Below are positions 1 through 9,302 of a stretch of DNA of 32,000 nt, piece by piece. The stretch comes from Candidatus Thorarchaeota archaeon. Its GTDB lineage: Archaea > Asgardarchaeota > Thorarchaeia > Thorarchaeales > Thorarchaeaceae. Position 1 is the first letter of the stretch; each line of letters opens with the position of its first letter. The notes beneath the pieces were generated by a model, which saw nothing but the letters and a program-made list of their open reading frames with translations, was not told the origin of the DNA and ran no database searches. Where the stretch lies: NCBI GenBank assembly GCA_008080745.1, contig SHMX01000001.1:450001-482000 (forward strand). Direction: 5' to 3'. Position numbers and translations under genes: made by a program.

Positions 1-2024
1 AAATGCTGGGCACCAGTAACGCCGTAAGACGCATTGACATAAACTTTCAACGCCTTTTCAACAACTTTGTACCAGTCACGGATTTTGGAATCAAGGGTCT
101 TATCTTTACTTTTTGATTTAAACCAGTTCACACGAGTGTCTCTGAAAAATCCAATTGTTTGGCTGATCATTCCAGTTCGCTCTTTGCAGATCCAATGATT
201 GGTTTCAGGAACACGATTATCGGTACGATTCTTGCATGATTCATGTGAACAGTCTACGGTCTCGTAGCTGATATTATGACGTTTCATGATAGTGGGATAC
301 AGACTGGCAAAGTCAAGCACAGTGGCATTGAAGTGCACTCCTGCAATGGGTTCGATTACAATCGCACCCTTGAAGCGCTTATCTTTAATCATCGCTTCCG
401 TGTGTGCCTCGGTCGATTTCGTACTCTCGATATCCTCTTGTCGAGGAATGAGATAGTTATTGGTCCGATGAACTTGTCGAAAGAGTGACTGAATCCACGA
501 TGAGATTCCAAAGCGTGTCACGTCTTCCATGGAGAGGCGAGAGATACGCATAAGCAGGATAATCAGTCGGAGAATGAGATTTTCATCATACTGGGTTATC
601 TGCAAGGTAATATTTGCATCGAGCCAGCAGTAGTGAGCAAGTTCATAATAGGGTAGTTTTGAGATATCTGTGCTCAATTCAAGTTTACCAATATCTAGTA
701 ATCCCTGAGCAATGCTATCAAGATTATTTTGTTCGTAGGCTCCAGAAAGAGCGTAGAGTCGGATAGAGGGGTTCTTGAGAAAGCGGTATAGGTCGATATG
801 GATTCCTCTCTGGAGTAGTGCAATATCGCGTCCCAAATATATCGGACAGTGTTTTTGCATATCGATTTTCAATCGTTCTGCTCGATGATACAGATAATTC
901 AGGTCGAATGCATCGCCTACAAAGGTTAAGAGGATTGGATAATTGTCGATGATTCGGAAAGTTTCAAGAAGCATTTGAGCCTCATTTTCAAAGAATACAA
1001 CGTCAAAATCCTCTGGATAATCAGGCCCTTTCTCTCCTAGAGGTATATTGTCCCGTTTCAAGACAAAGCACTTGTTGTAACCCTCATTATCTGAGAGACC
1101 GATAGCTGTTACCGGATAAGGTGCAGTATTTGCATCCGGTATGCGATTCTGTACAGGAGTATAAACCTCTATGTCCAAAGCAATTCTTCGGATATCAGGT
1201 ACTTCAGTGAAAAACATGGGAGCATAGGTATCAAGAATATCCTTGAACATCTCCTCATCAGCAAACATATCCTTGAATTTCTTGAGGATCTCCGAGTCTA
1301 CATCGGGAGGGGAGGGGGTCAATGAACCATTTTCAATTGAATAGGATAATCCAGGAACCAAGTCGAGATCATAAGTGTAACAATTTCTGTAACGAATATT
1401 TGCCTCCCAAGCACGACTAATGATAGTGCCATCAGGGGCCCGATCTACTAGCATCTCTCTGATAGAACCAGCATGACCGCCAATACTTAGTGGGTCCTCA
1501 GCGATTACTTTAGTCATCAGTTTCTCTTCATCTCGTAAGAGGTCTATGACTTTCACGGATTTCGTTTTGAAGGGGCCTCGAAAGCTTTGAAGTCTAAGAT
1601 CAACTGTTTGAGTGGTATAATCGGTATAGCAATAAGGTTGATGGCCCGTATTATCAAACCAGAAAAATAATTTCTTTTCTAATGGATCATACAATCGAGC
1701 AAATGCTTTCTTTTGAGGCCCGGCATAATCAACAGATAAGAGAATAGAGGGAGAGAGATCTCGAGGTTTATCACGATCTCCTGTCCGGAAGTCCAGACTT
1801 GTTTCATCAAACTCCATCTCTTCAGGAATCTCCTCCTCATCTCGATCCATTATAACAACAGTAGATGCATCCTTAGTTGTCTTCTTCTTTTCAGAGGTGG
1901 ATTTTGGTTCTGTACGCTCAGTTTTTTGAGGAGGGGATCTATCTTCTTTCTCCTCTGTTTCAAAAAATGTATCAAGGGTCTCTTGAGCGCCATCAGGTTC
2001 TTCATTATCCTTTACCAAATCCAC
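1..2024 (-). CDS. polB1: Family B DNA polymerase, PolB1 (Dpo1-like); 3' part runs off the window start
   Basis: Manual minus-strand translation from GTG at 2024 (in-frame TGA just upstream). Motifs: SVDYAGPQKKAFARLYD..FDNTGHQPY (Dpo1-like N-terminal domain), ExoI RIALDIEVY, ExoII TFVGDAFDL, ExoIII HYCWLD, motif A VLDFASLYPTIM, motif B KALKVYVNASYGV. Absent from the ORF track, presumably because it has no stop inside the window. Confidence 0.96.
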   Translation of the reverse strand, partial: MDLVKDNEEPDGAQETLDTFFETEEKEDRSPPQKTERTEPKSTSEKKKTTKDASTVVIMDRDEEEIPEEMEFDETSLDFRTGDRDKPRDLSPSILLSVDYAGPQKKAFARLYDPLEKKLFFWFDNTGHQPYCYTDYTTQTVDLRLQSFRGPFKTKSVKVIDLLRDEEKLMTKVIAEDPLSIGGHAGSIREMLVDRAPDGTIISRAWEANIRYRNCYTYDLDLVPGLSYSIENGSLTPSPPDVDSEILKKFKDMFADEEMFKDILDTYAPMFFTEVPDIRRIALDIEVYTPVQNRIPDANTAPYPVTAIGLSDNEGYNKCFVLKRDNIPLGEKGPDYPEDFDVVFFENEAQMLLETFRIIDNYPILLTFVGDAFDLNYLYHRAERLKIDMQKHCPIYLGRDIALLQRGIHIDLYRFLKNPSIRLYALSGAYEQNNLDSIAQGLLDIGKLELSTDISKLPYYELAHYCWLDANITLQITQYDENLILRLIILLMRISRLSMEDVTRFGISSWIQSLFRQVHRTNNYLIPRQEDIESTKSTEAHTEAMIKDKRFKGAIVIEPIAGVHFNATVLDFASLYPTIMKRHNISYETVDCSHESCKNRTDNRVPETNHWICKERTGMISQTIGFFRDTRVNWFKSKSKDKTLDSKIRDWYKVVEKALKVYVNASYGVTGAQH

Positions 2025-2117
2025 TCACATCTCTGTAGTAATAGAAAACTCTTGATAAGGACTTCCCAAAATACATTATTGTAGTCACTCAAACATCAAT
2101 AGTATTGTGGTGAAGAT

Positions 2118-2549
2118 ATGGTAAAGTCCATTGTTACGAGACCAAAGAGAATCATTGTAGGTAGACTAATGCCTGGTGAAGATGTATTAGAAACTGTGAA
2201 ACATCTTGCCATAGAACACGGAATATCCTCAGGCCAAATCAATCTTATAGGAGCTGTTGGGAGTGCCCATCTTGGTTATTTTGATATGGAGGAGAAAGAA
2301 TACAAATCATTCATGCTAGAGGAAGACCTCGAGGTAGTTTCCTGTATGGGAAATATTGCCCATCACCCCGAGGGACTTATTGTACATGCTCATATGATCG
2401 TCGCTAATGAAGAGGGAAGATGTTATGGAGGACATCTCATGAGTGGTACTAAAGTTTCTGTAACCATTGAGGTAGTAATTATCGAAACCGATGAAACCCT
2501 CACTCGCGCAAAGGATAGCAAGACTGGACTAAATCTCCTAGATCTGTAG
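2118..2549 (+). CDS. PPC/DUF296 domain protein
   Basis: GRLMPGEDV, IGAVG, HAHM and CYGGHL are DUF296 motifs; 143 aa stand-alone domain. Confidence 0.9.
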   Translation: MVKSIVTRPKRIIVGRLMPGEDVLETVKHLAIEHGISSGQINLIGAVGSAHLGYFDMEEKEYKSFMLEEDLEVVSCMGNIAHHPEGLIVHAHMIVANEEGRCYGGHLMSGTKVSVTIEVVIIETDETLTRAKDSKTGLNLLDL

Positions 2550-2552
2550 TTT

Positions 2553-2984
2553 TTAACTAGCTTTAGAGATTTTCTTTGCAATTTGTGCTAATTCGTCTGG
2601 GTTAGCCATTTCCTCCCTATAATCATCAGGAAAACGAAAACCAAAATTAGCACCTCTATTTCGCGGAATGACATGGATATGTAGATGGGGTACTTCTTGA
2701 CCAGCACCAGAACCATTAGCGATGGTATTTAGTACACCATCCGGGTCGAATGCGTTATTCACCATTCTAGTCAAGTCAGCTAATCTCCGAGCCATGTGAG
2801 CCAAGACATCCTTGTCCACGTCAAACATATTGGTGTAGTGATCTTTTGGGATGAGCAGACAATGTCCCGTATTCAGCGGATATATGTCCATAAAGGCCAT
2901 GACTACATCATCTTCGAACACTTTTGCAGAGGGAATTTCTCCCCGTACAATCTTACAAAATATACAGTCTTCAGAGGTTGTCAT
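2553..2984 (-). CDS. hit: HIT family nucleotide hydrolase
   Basis: DCIFCKI N-terminus and histidine triad HLHIHVIP. Start moved to the Met of MTTSEDCIFC (track ORF begins at 3017). Confidence 0.95.
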   Translation of the reverse strand: MTTSEDCIFCKIVRGEIPSAKVFEDDVVMAFMDIYPLNTGHCLLIPKDHYTNMFDVDKDVLAHMARRLADLTRMVNNAFDPDGVLNTIANGSGAGQEVPHLHIHVIPRNRGANFGFRFPDDYREEMANPDELAQIAKKISKAS

Positions 2985-3092
2985 GGATGAAAGGAAGTAA
3001 AGTATGAAAATAAACAATTCGAGAGACAGCCATAATGCTCATTAGAGGACTTCACACTAAAGGTGATAGATAAATTCAGCAGGTGAATTCCC

Positions 3093-4268
3093 GTGAGTGG
3101 AAGAAGACGGCTAATCTATTTTGACACGACCCAAAATGAGCGTGGTAGACTTGATACCACATATTCGGAACTTGGAAGTTTTCTTCGAGACCATGATTTT
3201 GATGTGGAACCGTATACCGAATTCATGATTCTCGCAAAAAAAATAGAAGAGGCCGACGTGATTGTCTTTGGATGTCCTAATAGTTCAAAACTAAGACCTG
3301 CTGAAATCGACGTTCTGAAGTCTTTTGTACAAAAAGGAGGCGGACTCATGCTATTATCTCTCTCGGGAGGAGACCGGGGATTAATGAATAATATGAGTCA
3401 GGTGTCAAAGGAATATGGAATCACCTTTGAAAATACTGCAATAAAAGATGAGAGAAATAATGCCGGGCTTCCAACTATGCCCTTGATTACTGATATTGAA
3501 CCACATGTCTTGACCGAAGATGTCACCGAGATGCTGTATCCCTCCGGTTGTAGTCTCAGTACCTCAGGAAAGGCTGTTGTGATTGCTAAGACATCTGACA
3601 TGGCCGAACCATCATCAGAACCCATCATTGCAGCGGCGGAACACGGAAAGGGACGGGTTCTTTGCATTGGAAGTTATGAAATATTCAGAATAGGTGGGGG
3701 TCTCAAGCATGATGGTAATCGTACTTTTGCTCTGAATGCATTTAGATGGTTGGCTGGCGAAACAAGATTAGCCCGACCAAGTAGAGTTGCAGCTGCTCAG
3801 GAATCAGCCCAGGAAGGGACTGAAACTGTTACATCAGCAATGTCCGAAGAGGTTGAGAAGACTTTACGACGTCTTGTAAATGCGGTATTTGACCTTCAGA
3901 AAGATATTGCAAAGGCAACAGAGAAAATAGATACCGTTGAAAAGAATATCGAGATGCTGCGCGATCAGTTCCAAGATTTTGCAGAAAAGACTCAGAAACA
4001 GCTGGGAATAATCATACCATCAAAACAGTTTCAGACTGCAGAAGAGAAGGAGTCTTCTGAGATAGAATCCGATATCAAATCATTGGAGAAGGAGATACGT
4101 TCGGTAAGACAACTAAGAGATCATGTTGAGGATCGCCATTCATCTGGAGCAATGAAACGCGATGTATATGATGAACAAGTAGAAAAGCTGGATATACGAA
4201 TAGAGAGTCTTCAGAAGAGAATTGAGGAAAAGAAAAAGAGTCTAGAAGAAATCAATGGTGAAGAGTGA
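3093..4268 (+). CDS. GIFT (GldG/IFT52-like) domain protein with C-terminal coiled coil
   Basis: N-terminal ~220 aa has a class I glutamine-amidotransferase-like pattern (DVIVFGCP..LRPAEIDVLKSFVQKGGGLMLL..GG, YPSG.SLS, GKGRVLCIGS, N..F..NAFRWL). The last ~150 aa is heptad-rich and charged. No signal peptide or transmembrane segment. Confidence 0.8.
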   Translation: MSGRRRLIYFDTTQNERGRLDTTYSELGSFLRDHDFDVEPYTEFMILAKKIEEADVIVFGCPNSSKLRPAEIDVLKSFVQKGGGLMLLSLSGGDRGLMNNMSQVSKEYGITFENTAIKDERNNAGLPTMPLITDIEPHVLTEDVTEMLYPSGCSLSTSGKAVVIAKTSDMAEPSSEPIIAAAEHGKGRVLCIGSYEIFRIGGGLKHDGNRTFALNAFRWLAGETRLARPSRVAAAQESAQEGTETVTSAMSEEVEKTLRRLVNAVFDLQKDIAKATEKIDTVEKNIEMLRDQFQDFAEKTQKQLGIIIPSKQFQTAEEKESSEIESDIKSLEKEIRSVRQLRDHVEDRHSSGAMKRDVYDEQVEKLDIRIESLQKRIEEKKKSLEEINGEE

Positions 4269-4270
4269 AC

Positions 4271-5848
4271 TCATGCCGTCATTTCGTATCGTTCAGGATA
4301 AATAGTATTTTCAATTTTTTTCTTTATTTCGTCCATTCGAGAAAATACCGAACTAAATCTAAGATGCAACAGTTTTGAAACCCAACCAAAAGGTGCAATC
4401 AAAATACTCCAGAAAAGTCCCACTTTTGATGCTAAGGCATATCCTAAGGTTATGATAATAACAGCAAATAGATAAATCTCTCGTGGAGGAATTAGAATAA
4501 ACAGACTCAGTGCAATTGGCAACCAGAACATACTGAACGAAAAGGACACATGCTCTTCTTTGCTTGTCACCATCTCTGTTGACGATAGAATTGAGAAGAA
4601 TGGTGCCATTAGCACGAAATAATATTTGAAAACACCACGAGGTCCAGCTAGGTATACCCACAGCATCATAATCAAGGATAGGAACAGCAAACGTCGAAGA
4701 TATACATTGATTTGTGAGTTATCACGGGGTTCTAAAAACATGAGACCAGCAATTAGAATTACTCCAAAGTACAAAAGAAATCCATAACGTATAATCTCAT
4801 TCATCAGTTCTGCTACTTCAGGTAAACCAGCCATTACTGGTAGGTATGGCAATGTAATCGGAGTACCATATCCAGGAGGTTCTGTAAATGGAGGTTCTAA
4901 TGGAAATCCACCCATTGCCAACCGCATATAATCCAACATATAGGGTTGCGAGATAATGAATGGTAACATTATTGATCCAACAAAGATCAGCACGATTAGA
5001 GTGTATTTGATAAAACCAGGAATGTCCAAAGTGGTATTGATTTCATCAATTATTCCCGATGTGCCTTGAGCTTCTTCAGTTTCTCCAATAGGCATTTGTT
5101 GTTCTTTTTTGGATTTATCGGATTTCCCTCTTATCAGAAGAAAGGCAATCAAAGGGAATCCGAGAAACCACGCGGTCTGTTTGAAGAGTGCTGCAACTAC
5201 AATCAACAGGGTTCCAGCTAGTTTATTCCCACGAGTAAGCATATAGAAACCCATGAAGAAAAAGAAGACAAATGGTGCAGGGTTCATCCAAAGGAATACT
5301 GAATGATAAAGGACGCTAGGACTGAGCAGATACGTAAAAGCAGCCGCTTCTCCAACATGACGGTTATCTGACAATTCTCTTCCAATACCATAGACTGGAA
5401 AAACAGTCAGATAAGAGAAGATTACCAAAAGAAATCCAATACCCCAATTATCCACAGGAAGCATTATACCCAGTGCATAAAAAAGTGCAGTGAGCGGGGG
5501 AAAGATGTACAAGCCATTCTCATTGACGTACCAGCCAATTTCACGGTATCCGAAATCAGGTGTGTAAGGCATAACACCGTCAAGCATATTGTGACCCCAG
5601 TGAACATAGTAAAAGCTATAGTCCGAATAGCCTTCAAATTGATACGATAAGGTAAAGCCGAAGAGTGAAAATTCGCCTTCACCCAACCAAACACTTCTAA
5701 AAATCCACAGGGATGTATCCAGATAGTCCTCAAGAGCGGCAGAAAATACTGACTGATAGACGAATACGCCAAAAACGAGAATGGCAATAAAAATACCATA
5801 TTCGTTGACAAATCGAATGACGTATCTGGGGTATCTGGATAGATTCAT
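4271..5848 (-). CDS. Multi-pass membrane protein, probable GT-C fold glycosyltransferase (GT87/mannosyltransferase-like)
   Basis: About 11-13 hydrophobic segments, first loop with YSDYSFYY..G.MPY..F and YIFPP, and a KQ motif (ALFKQTA). Confidence 0.7.
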   Translation of the reverse strand: MNLSRYPRYVIRFVNEYGIFIAILVFGVFVYQSVFSAALEDYLDTSLWIFRSVWLGEGEFSLFGFTLSYQFEGYSDYSFYYVHWGHNMLDGVMPYTPDFGYREIGWYVNENGLYIFPPLTALFYALGIMLPVDNWGIGFLLVIFSYLTVFPVYGIGRELSDNRHVGEAAAFTYLLSPSVLYHSVFLWMNPAPFVFFFFMGFYMLTRGNKLAGTLLIVVAALFKQTAWFLGFPLIAFLLIRGKSDKSKKEQQMPIGETEEAQGTSGIIDEINTTLDIPGFIKYTLIVLIFVGSIMLPFIISQPYMLDYMRLAMGGFPLEPPFTEPPGYGTPITLPYLPVMAGLPEVAELMNEIIRYGFLLYFGVILIAGLMFLEPRDNSQINVYLRRLLFLSLIMMLWVYLAGPRGVFKYYFVLMAPFFSILSSTEMVTSKEEHVSFSFSMFWLPIALSLFILIPPREIYLFAVIIITLGYALASKVGLFWSILIAPFGWVSKLLHLRFSSVFSRMDEIKKKIENTIYPERYEMTA

Positions 5849-5880
5849 GATAAGGCTTCGGGGTCTTAGCGATTAATACT

Positions 5881-7977
5881 TTATGCGTCACCGCGAGTCA
5901 AAATAGCGGTACTACCAGAACCCGATTTTCGAATCTCAATAGACGGAACACCACTCCAATCCTGGACATCGGTATGAGTAATCAAGAGGATTTGGTCAAA
6001 CCCTTGGTCGTTTTCGAGGCTGGATACAACAGAATGTCTCCTATCCTTATCTAGACCCCCAAGAGGTTCATCCAGCATTACACAACGTACCCGTGGTGCA
6101 ACAGCAGGACTCTCCTTAAGGGGACGAATACGACTCATAGTTTTACTAATTCCTAAACGTAGCCCTAGACTGATAGCTGTCCGATCACCATAACTCAACT
6201 GTACGGTCTTCTTGCTCGCTTTATCCCTTTCGTCCCAGATTTTCAAAGCAAGACCAGCACCGGAACGTCCAGTTGCGGGGGTGGAATCCAAATCAATACT
6301 GGTATATTGGTCATTTGTGAAGGCACGAACGTAGGGATTTGTAGCCCCTCGAATGATACCAATCAAACGTTTCTGAACAGCATAGTCTGCAATGAAACCA
6401 TTGACAAGTTTTCGTCGAACATATTTGGTGTGGTCACTTAGCTGTTTCAAAGATTCAATCTCAGCACCAATCTTCTCCATAAGTACAATTTCTTGCTTGA
6501 GTTCTTCGATCTTTTGGTATTCTTGCTCTATATTTTTACTAACTGTTTCGCAATCTTTCTTTGCAGACCTTAATGTCGTCCCTAAGACTGCGATTTTACG
6601 TTCTAATTCGGATATTGTCTGTGCGCTATGTTTCTCAAGAAGTGACTCGATACTCTTGATCTTCATTTTCTTGCATAGCTCTGAAAATTCCTTTTTTGTT
6701 GCATCGAGTTTATCTTTTGCTTCTTCAATCTCTTGATTTTGTTGTTTGGCTCTATTTACTGCATCAAGAGCTTTGTTTGAAACCCGTAATTTTTCATCGA
6801 TAGACCGAATCTCAGACTCAAGTTTCTTTCTTCTCTCTTTGTATTCCTTTATTTTGTCAATACCAGTATCGATAGTAGAAGCATATTCTGCGACAATCTT
6901 TTCTCGTTCTTCAGGAGAGAGGGGATTAGAACAAGTGGGACATTCGGTTGATTCTGGGTCTTCGCATGCAGCTTCTTCTAGTGTACGAATCTTTCGTTTC
7001 AGGTCTCGTTCGGTACCATTTATGGCACCAATCTCCAAATCAATCTTAGAGATTTGTTTTTGTTTTTGTTTTCTCTCATCCTCAGTTTTTTTAATTCGCT
7101 TCTCCAAAGATTCTGATCGAGCCTCAATTACTTCGGTCCCGGCTTCCGGAATTCCAGCATCAATTAAGTCCTTATTCCTTCTCTTTTGAGCCTGTTCGTA
7201 ATCGCGTTCTAGCCGTTCGAGCTTCTTAACTACCTCTGATACTGCAGCTAAATCATCAGATTGAGGTAGTGACTTGAGAAGCTTCTCCGTTTCATTAATC
7301 TCCTTAGTCCGCTCCTTGAGACTTTCTTGATACTGTTTTATTCGAGAGGTTGCGTCAGCAATCTCTTTCTCTATCCGTTCAGGATTGACATAATCAGATT
7401 CTAGAGCATTGATTCTAATATCTAAGTCAGACTCCAATCCAGACAATTGCCCTGTCATCTGATCAAGTAATTCTATATTATACACTTTGACGATTAGGTT
7501 TCGTAGAGTTGTCGGCGTAGCGTTCGCAATCTCCCCTACTTCACCCTGTTTCACCATTAGTGTGCTTTCAGCCTGATTCAGTTCAATGTTAAGAATTTCT
7601 TCCAGTTTTCCAGTTACGGATTGGCTTTTGTCGGCTATTCGTTTCCAAGAGGTTTTCTTTCTAATATAGAGCACGACTGACATTCCATTTGCAGGATCAT
7701 AAGAACGGTCTATCTTGTATCTAATCCCAGCAACTTCAAAGACAAGAATAACTTTACAGAAGGAGGATGAAAAACTGATGAGTTCCTCGTTCTTAAGACG
7801 CACTGCACTGGAACCCCACAGAGCCCAAAGAATAGCTTCAAAGAGAGATGATTTGCCTGTGGAATTAGGTCCTTTAATGATTATGAGACCGTCTGGGAGA
7901 TCACTTCCATCATCCGGTAATTGAAGACTCCTGAAGGGTTTGAAATTCTGAATTTCAATGCTGAGTATCTTCATCAT
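5881..7977 (-). CDS. rad50: Rad50/SbcC-family SMC-like ATPase
   Basis: Walker A GPNSTGKSS, Q-loop MVKQGEV, central zinc hook CPTC between coiled coils, signature variant LSYGD, Walker B/D-loop VMLDEPLGGLD, H-switch LITH. Overlaps the mre11 stop by 4 bp. Confidence 0.92.
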   Translation of the reverse strand: MMKILSIEIQNFKPFRSLQLPDDGSDLPDGLIIIKGPNSTGKSSLFEAILWALWGSSAVRLKNEELISFSSSFCKVILVFEVAGIRYKIDRSYDPANGMSVVLYIRKKTSWKRIADKSQSVTGKLEEILNIELNQAESTLMVKQGEVGEIANATPTTLRNLIVKVYNIELLDQMTGQLSGLESDLDIRINALESDYVNPERIEKEIADATSRIKQYQESLKERTKEINETEKLLKSLPQSDDLAAVSEVVKKLERLERDYEQAQKRRNKDLIDAGIPEAGTEVIEARSESLEKRIKKTEDERKQKQKQISKIDLEIGAINGTERDLKRKIRTLEEAACEDPESTECPTCSNPLSPEEREKIVAEYASTIDTGIDKIKEYKERRKKLESEIRSIDEKLRVSNKALDAVNRAKQQNQEIEEAKDKLDATKKEFSELCKKMKIKSIESLLEKHSAQTISELERKIAVLGTTLRSAKKDCETVSKNIEQEYQKIEELKQEIVLMEKIGAEIESLKQLSDHTKYVRRKLVNGFIADYAVQKRLIGIIRGATNPYVRAFTNDQYTSIDLDSTPATGRSGAGLALKIWDERDKASKKTVQLSYGDRTAISLGLRLGISKTMSRIRPLKESPAVAPRVRCVMLDEPLGGLDKDRRHSVVSSLENDQGFDQILLITHTDVQDWSGVPSIEIRKSGSGSTAILTRGDA

Positions 7978-9302
7978 GGAACCTCCTCTGACAAAGTATC
8001 AAGTGTGAGGCGTTCATCTTCCTGAGCAGCAGCAATTCTCAGAGCACGAACGGCAATCTTGGTTAGTTGTTCGGGATTGAATTTTTCATCAATCTCCAGG
8101 GTTTCAAGATAGGCTTTGAAGTCCGCCTCTGGATCCTCAATAAGGTATTCGGATTCTATCTCAGGATACGCAGGAGAAACGAAATCCCTATCACTCTGTT
8201 TGATAGTCCAGACTAGTTGTACAAGGTTATACTTAGAATCAGAAGATAGCAAATTTAGTCGGAGAGATTCCATTGCCATACCGAGGTCAATACTACCAAA
8301 CCTTGGGGATTCGCCATCAAATACAATTCGAACTCTAGCGGCAGTCTTAGGGTCCCATTCTCTCTCTAGTCCAGCATTCTTGAGAAGTACGGTTACTTTT
8401 TCAACCACTGTTTCAACTGTATCATCATTCTCAATCTGGATTTTTTCATTCAGGACAATTCGCTCGAAATCAAGTTTTCTTTGTACTACGATGGGGTCCT
8501 CTCCAGCTTCGATTTCGACCAGCAGGTAACCTTTATCGTGTTTAACCTCATCGAAGCGCCATCTTTCTGGACAGCCAGCGTACCATGCTTTCTTAGAATA
8601 GGAGTGCTGTCTATGGTCATGGCCTAATGCAATGTAATCATAATCCATACTAAACATCGAGGGGAATAAGGTCCGATCGAGGTCCATTCCATGTGCTACC
8701 GCTACAGAGGGTTTGTTTTTATTGGGTCGCTGATAAGACGTTATCCAGTCATTGAAATCAGCGAGCAAATCAGATGATTCAAGAACATTATACTCTATAA
8801 ATGGAAAACAAAAGACCTCCAGATTTTCATAAGTGTACTTCAGAGGGATTTCGTTTACTAATGCAGCTTTGAAATCTTGTTGTGTTGCTACATCAAGACC
8901 AGGTATCGACATCTTGAGTGTATCAAGCAAGGATACATTGAGTGACCGCCAAATACCATGATTTCCCTCCAGAATAAGAACAGGGATTCCCGTATCTCCA
9001 ATGAATTCTTTGAGAACACGAATTACTGTCTGTTCTGCCATTGCCGGAGGGTGAGTAGGATTATTCTCCCAGGGAGAATTGTAGAGGTCTCCAGAATGAA
9101 TAACCAAGTCAACAGGTGGGTCCTCCTGTGCAATACGCTGGAAGAGTTCTTCGAATCGCTCATAGAAATCATGCTCAAGCAATCTTGAACGCATCTCAAT
9201 ACCCCATACATTATGCTTGACACCCTGTCGGAATTTAGTTCCAAGATGTGTGTCAGATATGTGAGCAATTCGTGCCATCATTCTCGGTTCCTCATAACTC
9301 AT
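7974..9302 (-). CDS. mre11: Mre11/SbcD-family nuclease
   Basis: Phosphoesterase motifs HISDTHLG, HSGDLYN, EGNHG, VAHG, ALGHDH and YAGCPER..F.E..KG; lies between herA and rad50. Confidence 0.92.
   Translation of the reverse strand: MSYEEPRMMARIAHISDTHLGTKFRQGVKHNVWGIEMRSRLLEHDFYERFEELFQRIAQEDPPVDLVIHSGDLYNSPWENNPTHPPAMAEQTVIRVLKEFIGDTGIPVLILEGNHGIWRSLNVSLLDTLKMSIPGLDVATQQDFKAALVNEIPLKYTYENLEVFCFPFIEYNVLESSDLLADFNDWITSYQRPNKNKPSVAVAHGMDLDRTLFPSMFSMDYDYIALGHDHRQHSYSKKAWYAGCPERWRFDEVKHDKGYLLVEIEAGEDPIVVQRKLDFERIVLNEKIQIENDDTVETVVEKVTVLLKNAGLEREWDPKTAARVRIVFDGESPRFGSIDLGMAMESLRLNLLSSDSKYNLVQLVWTIKQSDRDFVSPAYPEIESEYLIEDPEADFKAYLETLEIDEKFNPEQLTKIAVRALRIAAAQEDERLTLDTLSEEVP

Noticed and set aside
276-488. 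70-aa plus-strand ORF
   Set aside because: Antisense shadow of polB1 motif A region.
895-935. ExoII variant TFVGDAFD in PolB1 as a sign of lost proofreading
   Set aside because: The acidic residues of ExoI (DIE), ExoII (D) and ExoIII (YxxxD) are all present; a single N-to-V change is not enough evidence.
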